From the NCBI GenBank assembly GCA_964016885.1, contig OZ024742.1:89032001-89096000 (forward strand): DNA of 64,000 nucleotides, in the 5' to 3' direction. The translations under genes and the position numbers were made by a program. The first letter of the stretch is position 1, and each line of letters starts with the position of its first letter. The DNA comes from Eledone cirrhosa (taxonomy: Eukaryota). This document shows positions 27,933 to 43,165 of the stretch, one piece after another. The notes beneath the pieces were generated by a model. The model was not told the DNA's origin. It worked only from the letters and a program-made list of their open reading frames with translations, and ran no database searches.

Positions 27933-28078
27933 CAGATTAAAGTTTAAGCAAAGAATCGCTGCTTTCACCCTTAACGGGATCTTCTGAAACTAAAAAAATC
28001 AATCTGTTAACGCAGAAGTAAATATTTCGAAAAACGTTGCAACCGAAAGAAAACAGGAAGATGATACTTTGGTTCGTG
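27933..28078 (-). mobile_element. solo copy of the 11746/13281 pLTR arm (hammerhead-like motif 27941-27991)
   Basis: close match to 11762-11908, including the CAGAAGA core. Confidence 0.85.
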
Positions 28079-28287
28079 AAGACGTTAGGAATGTCGTATA
28101 ACCGGAAGTGTTGACATTTGAAAATGTTAAAGAAGTGAATATTTAAATAATGTCTTTAATCTTTTAACAAAATTCAGTAGACGAAAATGCCTTCACTTTT
28201 TTACTTGGAAAAAGTTACATCTATGGTGCAAATTTGTTGCTCTTTGTCCAGCCGTTTGGCGGAAAGTTTGTTACCGTCAGCTTTATA

Positions 28288-28362
<75 letters not shown>

Positions 28363-28794
28363 GGTGTCTTTTAATCTTATAGCCTCGTTTAATTGGTTTT
28401 TTGTGTGGTTGATTATGCTGATTGAGAGAGGAGATGGTGTGTATATTTTATCAAATGATTCTATGGACATACTTTATTGTATATTGCTCTGATTGTTGAT
28501 TATTTAATTAATTAATCGTCATTGAGCCACATGGTGAATAGTTGCCAAAAACACATATATATATATATGACTGTCTAGTTTGTGTATATGTAAATCTTTA
28601 TATTTGATAATCTCCCATAGGTTTGAGATGCAATTTAGGCAATATTAGGCTGCGCTTTCTAGCAACCAGCCCACTCACCGTAAGGTACCAATCACATTCT
28701 TTCTGACTTGACAACTGCCACGTCACAGTTCTTAGACAATTTGAATTCGTTTCTGGCGGGGATCATTTAAGAAAATCTTCGTCCAAGTGAGTTT

Positions 28795-28875
28795 GTTTCC
28801 TGATGATTTCGAAGCTCGTGAATTTATCCTTGATCGGATATTTCCAAAAGCGAATGAAATCCCATGGGTAGAAAC
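28795..28875 (+). ncRNA. type I hammerhead ribozyme with long stem II loop
   Basis: gtttc CTGATGA t ttcg [long loop] cgaa t GAAA tcccatggg TA gaaac. Confidence 0.7.
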
Positions 28876-29163
28876 GTAATCTTGGTATGTTTATATACAA
28901 TTTTCCTTCTAACTTTGATTTTATACCTAATTGTATGGTTTACGATATATTTAATCGATTTCCACGTGCTATTGAAATGGTGGGTAAATATTCTATAGCT
29001 GTTGATCGCGAATAGATGGCTGTCGTTTATTTATCTATTATTACTTCATAGGTGCCTTTTAATCTTATAGCGTGGTTTAATTGGTTTTTTGTGTGGTTGA
29101 TTATGCTGATTAGGAGAGGAGATGGTGTATATATTTTATCAAATGATTCTATGGACATACTTT

Positions 29164-29226
<63 letters not shown>

Positions 29227-29434
29227 ATACTAGGGGAGGGTCATATTGTTGTAATGATATTGCCAGAAATAATAACAGAACACACTCACTGTTTAGTTGG
29301 TTTTCACTTCTGTATCTTTTATATCTCCATAGTTAATTTATTTGGCAATCAATTGTTATCATTGACTAACCAACGGTTAAAAATACGGATATAAATATAT
29401 ATAAATAGTCTATCAAAGTTCTTTCGTTGAACAT

Positions 29435-29581
29435 TTGCAACGTGGTACTTGTATCATGTTCCCTCCTGTTTATGCCATTTGCAACATCATCAGTGGTACT
29501 AGTATCATGTTCCCTCCTGTTTATGCCATTTGCAACATCATCAGTGGTACTAGTATCATGTTCTCTCCTGTTTACGCCATT
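29435..29581. repeat. 51-bp tandem repeat, about 2.8 copies
   Basis: tttgcaacatcatcagtggtactagtatcatgttccctcctgtttatgcca. Confidence 0.9.
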
Positions 29582-30250
29582 TTTATTTCATTTACTTATT
29601 TATTCTTGTCCCCGTCTCTGCGCATGGGTTTGTCTGTGTGCATAGTGTTTGGCGTGTGTGTTCGCGTTTGAGTGTATGTATTTTGGTTTGTGTATTCTAT
29701 CTTTGTTTACTAGTGTTTTAGACAGGACAAGATTAAATTAAGCTACTGACATTGCCAGTGCTATCATTAATGCCACTTCAAAAATTATATCAATTTGCTT
29801 TGATTTACATGAACAACAATTGTTATACACATTTCAGTCGTTACTCATAGTAATAAATTTACCTTCGATGACAATCGAGACAGACTGAAATCATTTTCCT
29901 CTGAAACTCAACATAAATATATTAAAAGTCATATATTAAATAATATAGTATAAGTGTGATGGCTATAGCCATCTTGGATAAAAATGATTGCTCTCGTCGT
30001 TTAAGATTCCAGGAAGATTTCGAGAGAGATTTTGCTTAATTTATAAGTTGATTTGCTAACAGGAACGTGTGAAATTGGAAGATTAGAAAATGTTCAAATT
30101 CGGATAATATTGACGTCGCCATCATTATCATTATCAAGGTCATAAGTGATCGTTATTTTCATCGCCGTCATCATCGTTTCAATGAATTTAAAATTGGAAA
30201 TTTTGTTCATTAAATTACATCTGAATATCGAAAACGAAAAGCCAACTTAC

Positions 30251-30351
30251 TTGTCTACCGGAACACCACCAGCAATCGACTTGAACTCCCACATTAGCAT
30301 AGGTCTCGAGAACTCGAATACATTGAAATATGTGTTATGTCTAACAGTTAC
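30251..30351 (-). CDS. M13 peptidase internal exon
   Basis: gtatttag|GTA...GACAA|gtaagt; 101 nt, phase 0 to 2; VTVRHNTYFNVFEFSRPMLMWEFKSIAGGVPVD. Confidence 0.82.
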
Positions 30352-30725
30352 CTAAATACATAATGAAAGATATAAGTACAATTATTTGGTGGTATAAAAA
30401 TAATAAATGTGGTTACAATTTATCTAAATTGTTTAGTATTTCAATTTACTGCTTAAATGCAATTTAGACTACTGATTTTCCGAATGCAGACAATCGTTTC
30501 CAGTTTGATTAAAACCAGTCGGCTACACATCCGTAGTAGTAGCCTAAAATGTTCATATCTTTAAATAAATTAACTAATCTTTCTAAGCAAACGCTAATGG
30601 CCTAACATCGTCCTAAATGTTTTGGGAGATATCTGAATAAACTACACGACGAATAGTCTATGTGTAGGTGGTATGTGTGTGTTTAATATACGGGTTTGTA
30701 TGAATGAATATGTATTTATTCATGT

Positions 30726-30765
<40 letters not shown>

Positions 30766-31314
30766 ATGTATATGTATATGTATGTATGTGTGGATGAAGG
30801 TATCTGTGTATATATAGGTGTAAGTGCACTAAATCCCTTTCTATCAATCTCCCCTCTCCTACCGACCACAGGGAGATATATGTATGTATATTGCTTCCAC
30901 CCCTCACTGACCAGCAGCTGGCCATCTGGCCATTGCTAAATCTGACCTTTATAAAATAACCCACACCCCCAAATAACTTCTCATTCACTACCAGAAAGGC
31001 ACACAGCAGTCAACTTGCGGCTACCAAGATGAAAACTACTATGAAATCCCACAATAAATTTTATACTTGAATTTTCAAATCTCAAATTTTAACTCTTCTT
31101 ACTATTAATTTTTCTTAATATTAATCAACATTTGAAAAGATGGCTTTTGCAGACCCATCGAAACCGGTCATTTTTTATACCCTTTATTATTTCCTTACCT
31201 TATAAAATTATATGTTTTTTCACAAAAAAGTATTCTGCCTCTTATATATTCCATGTGCCATTATCAACCTCAATTTTCTCTATAACCTTCGTTTTGTGTA
31301 GTAAATTACACTTT

Positions 31315-31370
<56 letters not shown>

Positions 31371-31452
31371 GTTATTCCGGGTTGAATCGGAGGTAACCAC
31401 AGTAAGTAAGGTACTCAATACATAGCAGAGTATAAAAGTTTTAATATAGATG

Positions 31453-31503
31453 AGATTCTACAGGACTAGAACTGTTTCATTCTTTAGAAATCATCAGGAA
31501 TCT
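31453..31503 (-). ncRNA. type I hammerhead ribozyme
   Basis: inverted copy of 35746-35796. Confidence 0.8.
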
Positions 31504-32116
31504 GGGTATCAAAAAATAAAAATGGTATTTATAGGTCTCTACAAGTGGTAGGAGAGGGTGGGGAGTAGGATGGGTGTAGGTCATTGGTTGATAGAAAAGG
31601 GAATTCATTAAAAGCTAATTCTACAAAGCTATAGTTCATTTTTATTTTTATTTATTTATGTTTTTTAGAGTAACAAAGGCAGACAGAATTCTATAAACAG
31701 GTTCCGGATGGCATACCATTCTTTGTCATTAAGTTTCTCTTAAGCTAACAGATGTCTATAAAATCAGTGGGGGGTCAGTCATGGTAGAGAGAATTAAAGA
31801 AAGGGAGATTCTTTAAAAGCTAAAATCATTAAGGTTCTACCAAGTGACAAAGGTTTAGAGAATTCTGTAGACAGATTCAAAATACTGAGTGCATATCTTA
31901 CAATTATCTTCGAACTTCTCTTAAACTAATCAACTATATGTCAAAAATCAACAGACACATTCACAAAAAAACACACACTCACTCACACACTCACGCGCAA
32001 CCATAAACACACATACACATACACATATACACACATAAAAACACACACACATATACATAAATATATTCATACACATACATATACATACACATATATATAT
32101 ATATATATATATAAAA

Positions 32117-32147
<31 letters not shown>

Positions 32148-32276
32148 TATATATACACACACACATACATATATATATACACACACACGCACATATATAC
32201 ACATATAAAAATACACTCACACACTTACATACAAACACAAATATACATGTGTATACATATACACATAAAGACTCAT

Positions 32277-32319
<43 letters not shown>

Positions 32320-32445
32320 CATATATATATATACACAATGCATATACACACACATATATACATATACACACACATACACACAAACACACATATATATATA
32401 TATACATATACATATATACATAAACAAATATATACATATACATAC

Positions 32446-32480
<35 letters not shown>

Positions 32481-32534
32481 CGCACACACACACACATATA
32501 CACATATACAAGGAAAAAGCACCATACATACACA

Positions 32535-32566
<32 letters not shown>

Positions 32567-32575
32567 CATATACAC

Positions 32576-32612
<37 letters not shown>

Positions 32613-32696
32613 TACACCATTCATACATATATTCATATATATATACACACACATATACATATATATATTTATATATATATATATATATACATATAT

Positions 32697-32737
<41 letters not shown>

Positions 32738-32851
32738 AATATATATATATATATATAAATAAACATACACACACATACATACATATACACATATACATAC
32801 ACACATATATATATATATGTACATATATATATACAAACATATGGGGCTCTT

Positions 32852-33298
32852 TGTAATTGCCTAAATAAGGAAGCATGCCCACTTGAAAACAAATGCCTCA
32901 CTAATGATATCGTATACAAATGCGATGTCATCTCAGGCACCGAGGATTGCAAAAGAACTTACATCGGCATGACCTCCACCAACTTCAAGATCCGTTGGTA
33001 TGCCCATACCCACTCCTTCAGAAGACCGGACAAATCAAATCAGACAACACTCGCCTCCTACGTTTGGGACCTCAAAAGGAACTCCACCCCCTTCACGCTT
33101 AAATGGAAAATACTCCAGGAAGCGCGCTCTTACAACGGAGGACACAAGGGCTGCGACCTTTGTATTTCAGAGAGCTACGAAATTTTATTCGCCAAGGGCC
33201 CGCTACTGAACAAACTCTCTGAACACTGCCCGAACTGCATGCACAAGAACTTTGCAACTTTCAAACACTTTAAGCCAGTGTTAATGCCCGATGGCTAA
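32852..33298 (+). pseudogene. PLE GIY-YIG endonuclease domain (probably Naiad-type), open frame, 5'-truncated
   Basis: [24 protein letters not shown]...[20 protein letters not shown]...CDLCISE...LLNKLSE.CPNCMH; frame extends upstream of the listed ATG at 32969. Confidence 0.9.
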
Positions 33299-33528
33299 AA
33301 ATGACCTCCCCCTATTGGCCTCTATACCTCCTCCCCACCCTACCTCCACCTCTCCTCAACCTGAAATACGGCCACTATGGTTATGTGAGTACCTCCTTCC
33401 TATATACATTTTCTGCCTGTAGAGGTGTTTTTATGTGTCTGCGTATATGCGTATATTTATTGAGTACTTATTTATTTGTATGTGTATATATTTGTTTGTA
33501 TGTGTGTATATGTATGTGTATGTGTATG

Positions 33529-33563
<35 letters not shown>

Positions 33564-33635
33564 ATATGGTTTTTATGTGTGTATATTTATGTATGTATAT
33601 GTATGTATATATGTATGTGTATGTATATGTATATG

Positions 33636-33672
<37 letters not shown>

Positions 33673-33789
33673 GTGTGTATATATGTGTATGTATGTGTAT
33701 GTGTATGTATGTGTGTATGTATGTGTGTGTGTATGTGTATATATGTATGTGTGTATATATATGTGTGTGTATATATGTATATATATACA

Positions 33790-33837
<48 letters not shown>

Positions 33838-33913
33838 TACATGTGTGTGTGTGTATGTGTGTGTGTGTATATATATTTGTGTATGTGTGTGTGTATGTAT
33901 GTGTGTATGCGTG

Positions 33914-33951
<38 letters not shown>

Positions 33952-34296
33952 CATATATACACACACATATATATACACACATACATATATACACATACAC
34001 ACATATATATATGTGTATTTGTGTGTGTATATATGCGTTATGTGTCTGTATATATGTGTATATTTATGTATTGGTCTGTGTATGTATGTGTATATATGTA
34101 TGTATATGGATATATATATATATTTATACATATGCATGTGTATATGTGTGTATATATGTGTGTGTGTATATATATGTGTGTGTATATGTATGTATATATG
34201 GGTATGTGTGTGTGTGTATGTATGTGTATATATGTGTATATGTGTGTATATATATATATGTATATCTATGTGTATGTGTATGTTTGTATATATATT

Positions 34297-34345
<49 letters not shown>

Positions 34346-34426
34346 ATGTGTATATGTATGTATGTGTGTGTATGTTTATTTATATATATATATATATTTA
34401 TGTGTATATATATATATATATATGTG

Positions 34427-34509
<83 letters not shown>

Positions 34510-34551
34510 TTGTGTGTATATATATATGAATATATGTATGAATGGTGTATA

Positions 34552-34590
<39 letters not shown>

Positions 34591-34615
34591 GTGTATATAT
34601 ATATATGTATATATA

Positions 34616-34687
<72 letters not shown>

Positions 34688-34713
34688 GTGCTTTTTCCTT
34701 ATATATGTGTATA

Positions 34714-34764
<51 letters not shown>

Positions 34765-34905
34765 GTGTGTGTGTATGTATATGTATATACTTGTTTATGT
34801 ATATATGTATATATATATGTATATATATATATATATGTGTGTGTTTGTGTGTATGTGTGTGTATATGTATATATGTGGGTGTATATGCATTGTGTATATA
34901 TATAT

Positions 34906-34973
<68 letters not shown>

Positions 34974-35104
34974 CTATGAGTCTTTATGTGTATATGTATA
35001 CACATGTATATTTGTGTTTGTATGTAAGTGTGTGAGTGTATTTTTATATGTGTATATATGTGCGTGTGTGTGTATATATATATGTATGTGTGTGTGTATA
35101 TATA

Positions 35105-35135
<31 letters not shown>

Positions 35136-35745
35136 TTTTATATATATATATATATATGTGTGTATGTATATGTATGTGTATGAATATATTTATATATATG
35201 TGTGTGTGTTTTTATGTGTGTATATGTGTATGTGTATGTGTGTTTATGGTTGAGCGTGAGTGTGTGAGTGAGTGTGTGTTTTTTTGTGAATGTGTCTGTT
35301 GATTTTTGACATATAGTTGATTAGTTTAAGAGAACTTCGAAGATAATTGTAAGATATGCACTCAGTATTTTGAATCTGTCTACAGAATTCTCTAAACCTT
35401 TGTCACTTGGTAGAACCTTAATGATTTTAGCTTTTAAAGAATCTCCCTTTCTTTAATTCTCTCTACCATGACTGACCCCCCACTGATTTTATAGACATCT
35501 GTTAGCTTAAGAGAAACTTAATGACAAAGAATGGTATGCCATCCGGAACCTGTTTATAGAATTCTGTCTGCCTTTGTTACTCTAAAAACATAAATAAATA
35601 AAAATAAAAATAAACTATAGCTTTGTAGAATTAGCTTTTAATGAATTCCCTTTTCTATCAACCAATGACCTACACCCATCCTACTCCCCACCCTCTCCTA
35701 CCACTTGTAGAGACCTATAAATACCATTTTCATTTTTTGATACCC

Positions 35746-35796
35746 AGATTCCTGATGATTTCTAAAGAATGAAACAGTTCTAGTCCTGTAGAATCT
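35746..35796 (+). ncRNA. type I hammerhead ribozyme
   Basis: agattc CTGATGA t ttc taaa gaa t GAAA cag ttctagtc ctg TA gaatct; predicted GUA cleavage after 35790. Confidence 0.82.
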
Positions 35797-35833
35797 CATC
35801 TATATTAAAACTATATATATATATATATTTATA

Positions 35834-35882
<49 letters not shown>

Positions 35883-35913
35883 TTATATATATATATATAT
35901 ATTTATATATATT

Positions 35914-36020
<107 letters not shown>

Positions 36021-36021
36021 T

Positions 36022-36092
<71 letters not shown>

Positions 36093-36212
36093 TGATGTCT
36101 TACTAAACCCACTTTGACAATTAGCCTAACGTTCTGAGAAACCTTCATCATATAGACCTAAGCATTGGCAAAGAAGACGGTGAGTGGTGCAATATTTTGC
36201 AATAATAGAGAC

Positions 36213-36259
<47 letters not shown>

Positions 36260-36460
36260 TTTGTTATACTTGGGGAGGGTCGTATTTGTGTAATAATATT
36301 GCCAGAATTGGTTGGTTTTCGCTTCTGTGTCTTTTATATCGGTTAATTTAATTTATTCGGTCCTCAATGTTACCATTGACTGACCAACGGTCAAAAATAC
36401 AGATACAATATAGACACAAACACATATATATATATGAGTGGGTGTCTGTGTACATATAAC

Positions 36461-36628
36461 TATTTCTACTTTTGGCACAAGGTCAGCAATTATCCCAGTG
36501 TATTACTGGTATTTTATTTTATCGACCCCGTAAGGATGAAAGGCAAAGTTAACTCCGGCGGAATTTGAACTCAGACCACAAAAGACCGTAACTTTTTGCT
36601 AGAAGGCATGGCGCCCGACCCTCCACCG
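36461..36628 (-). mobile_element. SINE family A
   Basis: match to family consensus. Confidence 0.8.
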
Positions 36629-38427
36629 CCCTGTGTACATATAACGATAGGGTGTTCGGCTCACAATCTTACAATCTGAAGGGTGGTATTTTGATTTCCG
36701 GCAACACGAATGTTTTATCCGGTTGGATAGAAATGTTTGTTGTGTTTGTCTATGTATGTCTCTTTATGAGTTTCCATGGTTGTTAGAGTGCACACACAAA
36801 GCTTGTCTGGGTGATGGCCTGCATATGTAAAAGTATGTGAGGGCATTTATTGTATGTGAATGAGAATGTGTGACATTGTGTTGTGTAATTTTTGTCCATG
36901 AATGTATATGTTTGTGACAGTTGAATGTATGTATATGTGTTAATGTAAGTGTGTGTATATTTATTTGAAGTTGTTTTTGTGTGCATAGGTATCGTTCGTT
37001 GTTTTGTGCACATATAGCGGCATGTTTGCAAAGAATGTGTGGAGTTGAGTGTTTTTCATGTAGACTTAATGTGTTGTATTGCGTACATTTTTTGCAGTTG
37101 TGTTGTTTAGAGATATGTTTCACCTTTTGTGAGACACGGGCGTTTGTGTGTTTACTCCATTGTTTTGATTGTGATGTATTTCAGGTTTGTAGATTATTTA
37201 GGGGTGGGAGTAAAAGTTGAATGAAAGTAGTTTTGAGCTTGATGGCAATTTTTGGTGTTTGTATATTCGTCTGTCGTTTTATGTGAGTGTGCTTGCAAGT
37301 TTTATGTGTTTGTATATTTGTGTATGTTGTGATGTCTTGATGTATGAGTGTGTGTTGTTGTGAAATGTCACAGTATCAGTACTTGTGGGTGTATCTTTGC
37401 ACGGAGTACGTGTATTGAAATTGAATGTGCATATGTGAGTGTATTTATTAATGTATGCGTGGTTTTATCTAATTGTGTGCAGTTTTCATTTTGGTCGTAT
37501 GCAATAGTAGCGATTTGAAAAGTTATGGTTACATATGTGTGTAAGTCCATGCTGTCAATATGCCTTTAGTTTGAGTGGTTTGCATGTTGTCTCTAGGGAT
37601 GTGCCTGGAAGAATATTTAGGCACGGTGTTGAGGTAAATAACGTTGGGAAAGACGAGAAGAGTTGCTGGAGAAACATACATTGTAGTAGATGATATTGGT
37701 AGATGTACGCATAAAGGTGATAGTTGTGTGAAAAAATTGGTTGTTATATCCGGCGACGATGTTTTATTGGTACGGAACGAAATTGTATGGCAGGGGCCGG
37801 TTAGACAACAAAGTTATTATAAAGTTGACTGTTGGGTGAGGTAGTGGAAATATGGACCAGTAAATCATACCATCGAGTGAAAAAAAGAATAAATTTAGAA
37901 ATCGGGTTAAGATTGAAGAAGGATATGCAAATGTAGTAAGGTATTTTGCGGCAGAAAAAAAGTTTGTAAAAGACAGAAATTGTTGGTGGTTGGGGCTCAA
38001 GTTCATCGGCCCGGGTGAGCGTGGTGTCGATAAGGATGAACGATATACTCGTCGACTAAAATATTAGGCCACGAGTTAAAACTGAGTTTCAAAGTCACAG
38101 TGGCGTCTGCAAAACTACAATGATGGTGATATCGAAAAGAGAAAATGGTGTTTTATTGAAGTTGAGATGGAAAGAGGCAAAGTCGAGGTAAAAGTTAGAA
38201 GTGGTAGGTTTATAAATAGTGCAGGTTGTGATAGTTTACTTTTTATGTTATTAGAATGTATGCTTGTAAAAGATTTAGCTGCTATTTCTAGTTGGTCTAG
38301 TTCATTAAAAATTCTCATTTACTAACATATGCTGGTATAAATAGGTTGATTAAGAAAAAACATATTATAATTTAAAATATTTAAGGATTATGTCAGAAAA
38401 GCAATTGAATAGAGCGTCAATACTTAC

Positions 38428-38505
38428 GTTTTCGTAAAGCTTGTTCAAAAATTCGTCACTTATATAAGCGGGTCTATAACCAATGGTGATTCTATTTAAT
38501 AAACT
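38428..38505 (-). CDS. M13 peptidase internal exon
   Basis: atttgtag|AGT...GAAAAC|gtaagt; 78 nt; SLLNRITIGYRPAYISDEFLNKLYEN (IGY motif). Confidence 0.88.
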
Positions 38506-38653
38506 CTACAAATAAATTTACTATGTTATATTTACGTTATATCTAAAAGATGACATTTTTATGAATACACCATACCCTCAAACACACAGAGAAAAATATT
38601 ATCCAGCTCAATTTTTTTACGATGGGTATGGGTTCTAGGTAAACCTGTTTTGT

Positions 38654-38751
38654 AATTCTGTGGAAGTTATCTGATGAGAACATCCTGTCTTATATCATAT
38701 TTGCATGATGGAGTTGGACCATTGAAATATGTATTGTGATTTCACAGAATT
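38654..38751 (+). ncRNA. candidate hammerhead with long stem I
   Basis: aattctgtggaagttat CTGATGA ... GAAA tatgta TT gtgatttcacagaatt; base of stem II poorly paired. Confidence 0.5.
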
Positions 38752-38850
38752 AAAGTTTACAACATATCTTCCAGTACGGCCTTCTGCTGCCGTTTTAAAT
38801 ATATATATATATGAGTGCGCGCGTGCGTGTGTTTACGTGTGTGGGTGTGC

Positions 38851-38926
<76 letters not shown>

Positions 38927-39699
38927 TAAATGGATAGTTTTTCACAAGAGATGATATCGGAAGTAACATCACTAGTGACATATACACAATCCACCGGCTG
39001 AACAACGATGGAATAATATTATCAGCTTGAATCGGGAAAGTCCAAGTACCTATGAATTCATAAGCTAGCTCGCCATGTGTAGTCGATAATATATTACATC
39101 TATGATTACATTTGGGCGGCTCATTCTTTCGTGATTTCAATCTCACACACGGGCAACGATACATACACGTGTGTGTGCGTGTGAGTTTGTGTGCATGCGT
39201 ATGTGTGTGTTGTCCTGGCTTGTATGTGGAAGCAATATATTTACATAGATACATACAAGTAATATACGAGAATACCATTTGCATTAGTCTTCCACGACAA
39301 AGAAATATCGTGCATTTAGTCGATATTTAGGCAACAAAATTCAGTAAGAAATATTAGTTGCATTGGTACAAGGGCAAAATTCTGTAAGCAAAAATTTGGA
39401 AAGTAACTTCTACATATTATAGGTATTCGGTCTATCGAAACCGTTTTTATAAAAATGTTAACCTCCCACAATGCAATTTGGAGCCAGAAAATATAGGCAC
39501 TAAATAGTTTTAGATATTTAGTTCATTGCTCCATTGCTTCTGGTAATATACATACCAACCATCCTTTTAACTTGACCAGCATCTAACAAAAATAAAACAT
39601 TATTAAAAGGAACAAAATAAGAAAAAAAGAATAAAAGGATCAAGCAGAGAAAGAAAGTTAGAGGGGGTGGGACAGAATCCCCAGTCTAGGCGGTGACAG

Positions 39700-40470
39700 A
39701 AACGCGACCTACGGACTAAATGGCAAAGGCGTTACCGTGGAGAATGTCAACAGACACACATTGCAACAGCAAGCCCAACTCATGGAGCTCCCTCCACAAG
39801 AGGGATACCCTCGTTCCGACTCTACGGAGGAAACCAGCAGTGCGGGAACCAAGGGCACTAGAGATCATACGGAGACCGGTAGAAAGTGAAAGAGATCCGT
39901 CAGGACACGATGTTTTACTATCTTCCTCTCCATCGTGTGGTGGGCAGCGGAGCCCGGGATTGTGGTGGCCGAAGTGACAAGTTCTGAGGCAGAAAACGAG
40001 TCGCTGCTCGTTGCGTCCCATATCTAAAAATGTGCACTCCTCTAAAGGGACGAGGTTAAATCCGTCGGGGCGCTTGTCATAGTCACGATCGTGACAAGTC
40101 GGCTTCAATTGTGACGAGAAACCGGGTGCCTCCTGCTTCTTCGTATGTCGTTCAGAGTCACGTAATGGAGGAGCTTGCATGAATTAAGGTGACAAGATAA
40201 CGGATACAGACTGAATTATTTGACCACTCCTCCACAACGGCATCTGTGTGGCTTAAACACGCGGAGGCCGAAGCGCTGTACCACGCCAATGCAGCTGTAT
40301 TCATCACCAAGAAGGGTACCGGTTGATGAGGACGACTGAAATGAGCCAAGTGCTACTGTTTGGCTGTGAGGGGGAGCGTAGGCAGGCGAGACGGTGATGA
40401 TCCGAGGAAGACTCGATTTGTCTGAAGGTGGGCATGACTTGACGCCGTCCCAATTACGTTGGTCAAATAC
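39700..40470 (-). mobile_element. degenerate CRE/R2-like non-LTR 3' fragment
   Basis: DKRPDG, SSALGS, LLQCVSVDILHGNAFAI; homologous to 9310-10410. Confidence 0.7.
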
Positions 40471-40718
40471 TCTACGGTACTTCAATGATATTAACTAAAG
40501 GGGATTGAGAGGAAAAATCGACTTTAGAATATAAGAAGGAAATTCCTTTGCATTCTGCTCCGACAATGTCCTTTAAAGTAAGGTTTACCAAAAAAGGAGA
40601 AATAGCGTAACAAGATTTGTCTATTTGTCTATGAACGTAATTTTGAATTTTAGACAAATTGTACGAACTGAATTTTAGAATAATTATACAAACCGTAACC
40701 AACGTATTACATTATTAC

Positions 40719-40823
40719 CTTCATTTTTTTTAGAACCGCTTCTTTACTCTGTTTATCCAACCAAGTGTTCTCAGTGAATAAGGTAATCGCAGCTTTAGTT
40801 ATATATTCTGACATTTCTTTGGC
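40719..40823 (-). CDS. M13 peptidase internal exon
   Basis: aattttag|GCC...ATGAAG|gtaata; 105 nt; AKEMSEYITKAAITLFTENTWLDKQSKEAVLKKMK (matches the family W(M/L)DxxxK motif). Confidence 0.88.
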
Positions 40824-41116
40824 CTAAAATTGAAAAATACAATTAATTATTATGGGCAACATGAATTTCCCCATATATATGTGTGTGTTTGTGTATGTGT
40901 GTGTGTACATTGGATTAAGCCCACCGACAAATGCAATCCTTTGTGGCATATATTTATGTACTCCCATTTATATATATTTTATCGACAGGGTAAGGATGGA
41001 AGGCAAAGCTAATTTCGGCGGCTTTCCTGATGATTTCGAATGAAACATTTCTTGTCATCTAGAAGACATTTCCATATTAAATTTTATACAAGTATATATA
41101 TATATAGATATATATG

Positions 41117-41454
<338 letters not shown>

Positions 41455-41834
41455 AGAGTATTGAAGTTTGCTTGAAGCATTGTGGAATAATAAGGTAAAT
41501 TTCTTTAAGTCGTTTGGAAGCCTCGACAATGCAAATGGGTAAATCTCCGGCTAACAAGATCCGGTGGTGGAGAGAGAGATGTAAGTGGGTGTACGTTGAG
41601 ATGCGTGGCGTGTATAAGACGTGTAGAGGAATGAAGGAAAGAGCATAAAGGATAAAATAAAAATAACACGAGAGAGAGTTACCTTGGGAGAAATTTAATT
41701 GTCCCTATATATTTCGGATTCACATCCATCAACTGGGTTTTTTTTTCCGGTGTGGGGGAAATGTTGTCTGTCGGAAAGTTGCAAAACGCGTCCTCCGCTG
41801 TTCGTTGTTTTGAATATGACATATATATATATGA

Positions 41835-42839
<1,005 letters not shown>

Positions 42840-43053
42840 ATGAATATTATACTCCAGAAAATCTATCTAGTGCTCTGAATCAGTTATAAACATTTATATT
42901 TGTTGAAATACCAACAAATTGAATATCCCTTTGCTTATATATATATATATATATGTATGCGTGTGTGTGTATGTGTGTGTGTGTGTGTGTGCGTGTGTGT
43001 ATTATATATATATATTTATATATATATATGTGTATATATATATATATGTATAA

Positions 43054-43086
<33 letters not shown>

Positions 43087-43165
43087 TAAATATATATATA
43101 TATAATTGTATATATATATGTATATATATACATATATGTATATACTGTATATATGTATATATATG

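Larger units (their letters stand above)
31370..35812 (+). mobile_element. large palindromic PLE derivative with 1.4-1.5 kb inverted arms and GIY-YIG-only core
   Basis: 31437-32840 inverted to about 34280-35812 (non-microsatellite part nearly identical); 67-bp tail 31370-31436 on left only; (TA)n on both flanks. Confidence 0.92.

Noticed and set aside
29435-29581. regular repeats as a possible CRISPR array
   Set aside because: Head-to-tail tandem repeat without unique spacers; eukaryotic context; no cas genes.
31396-31415. strong splice-donor-like cagtaagtaag in the family tail
   Set aside because: Antisense to the element ORF; no evidence of use from sequence alone.
33301-35253. 650-aa ORF and overlapping long ORFs rich in Y/I/C/V/M
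   Set aside because: Translation of compound (TA)n/(TG)n microsatellite that happens to lack stop codons; not a protein.
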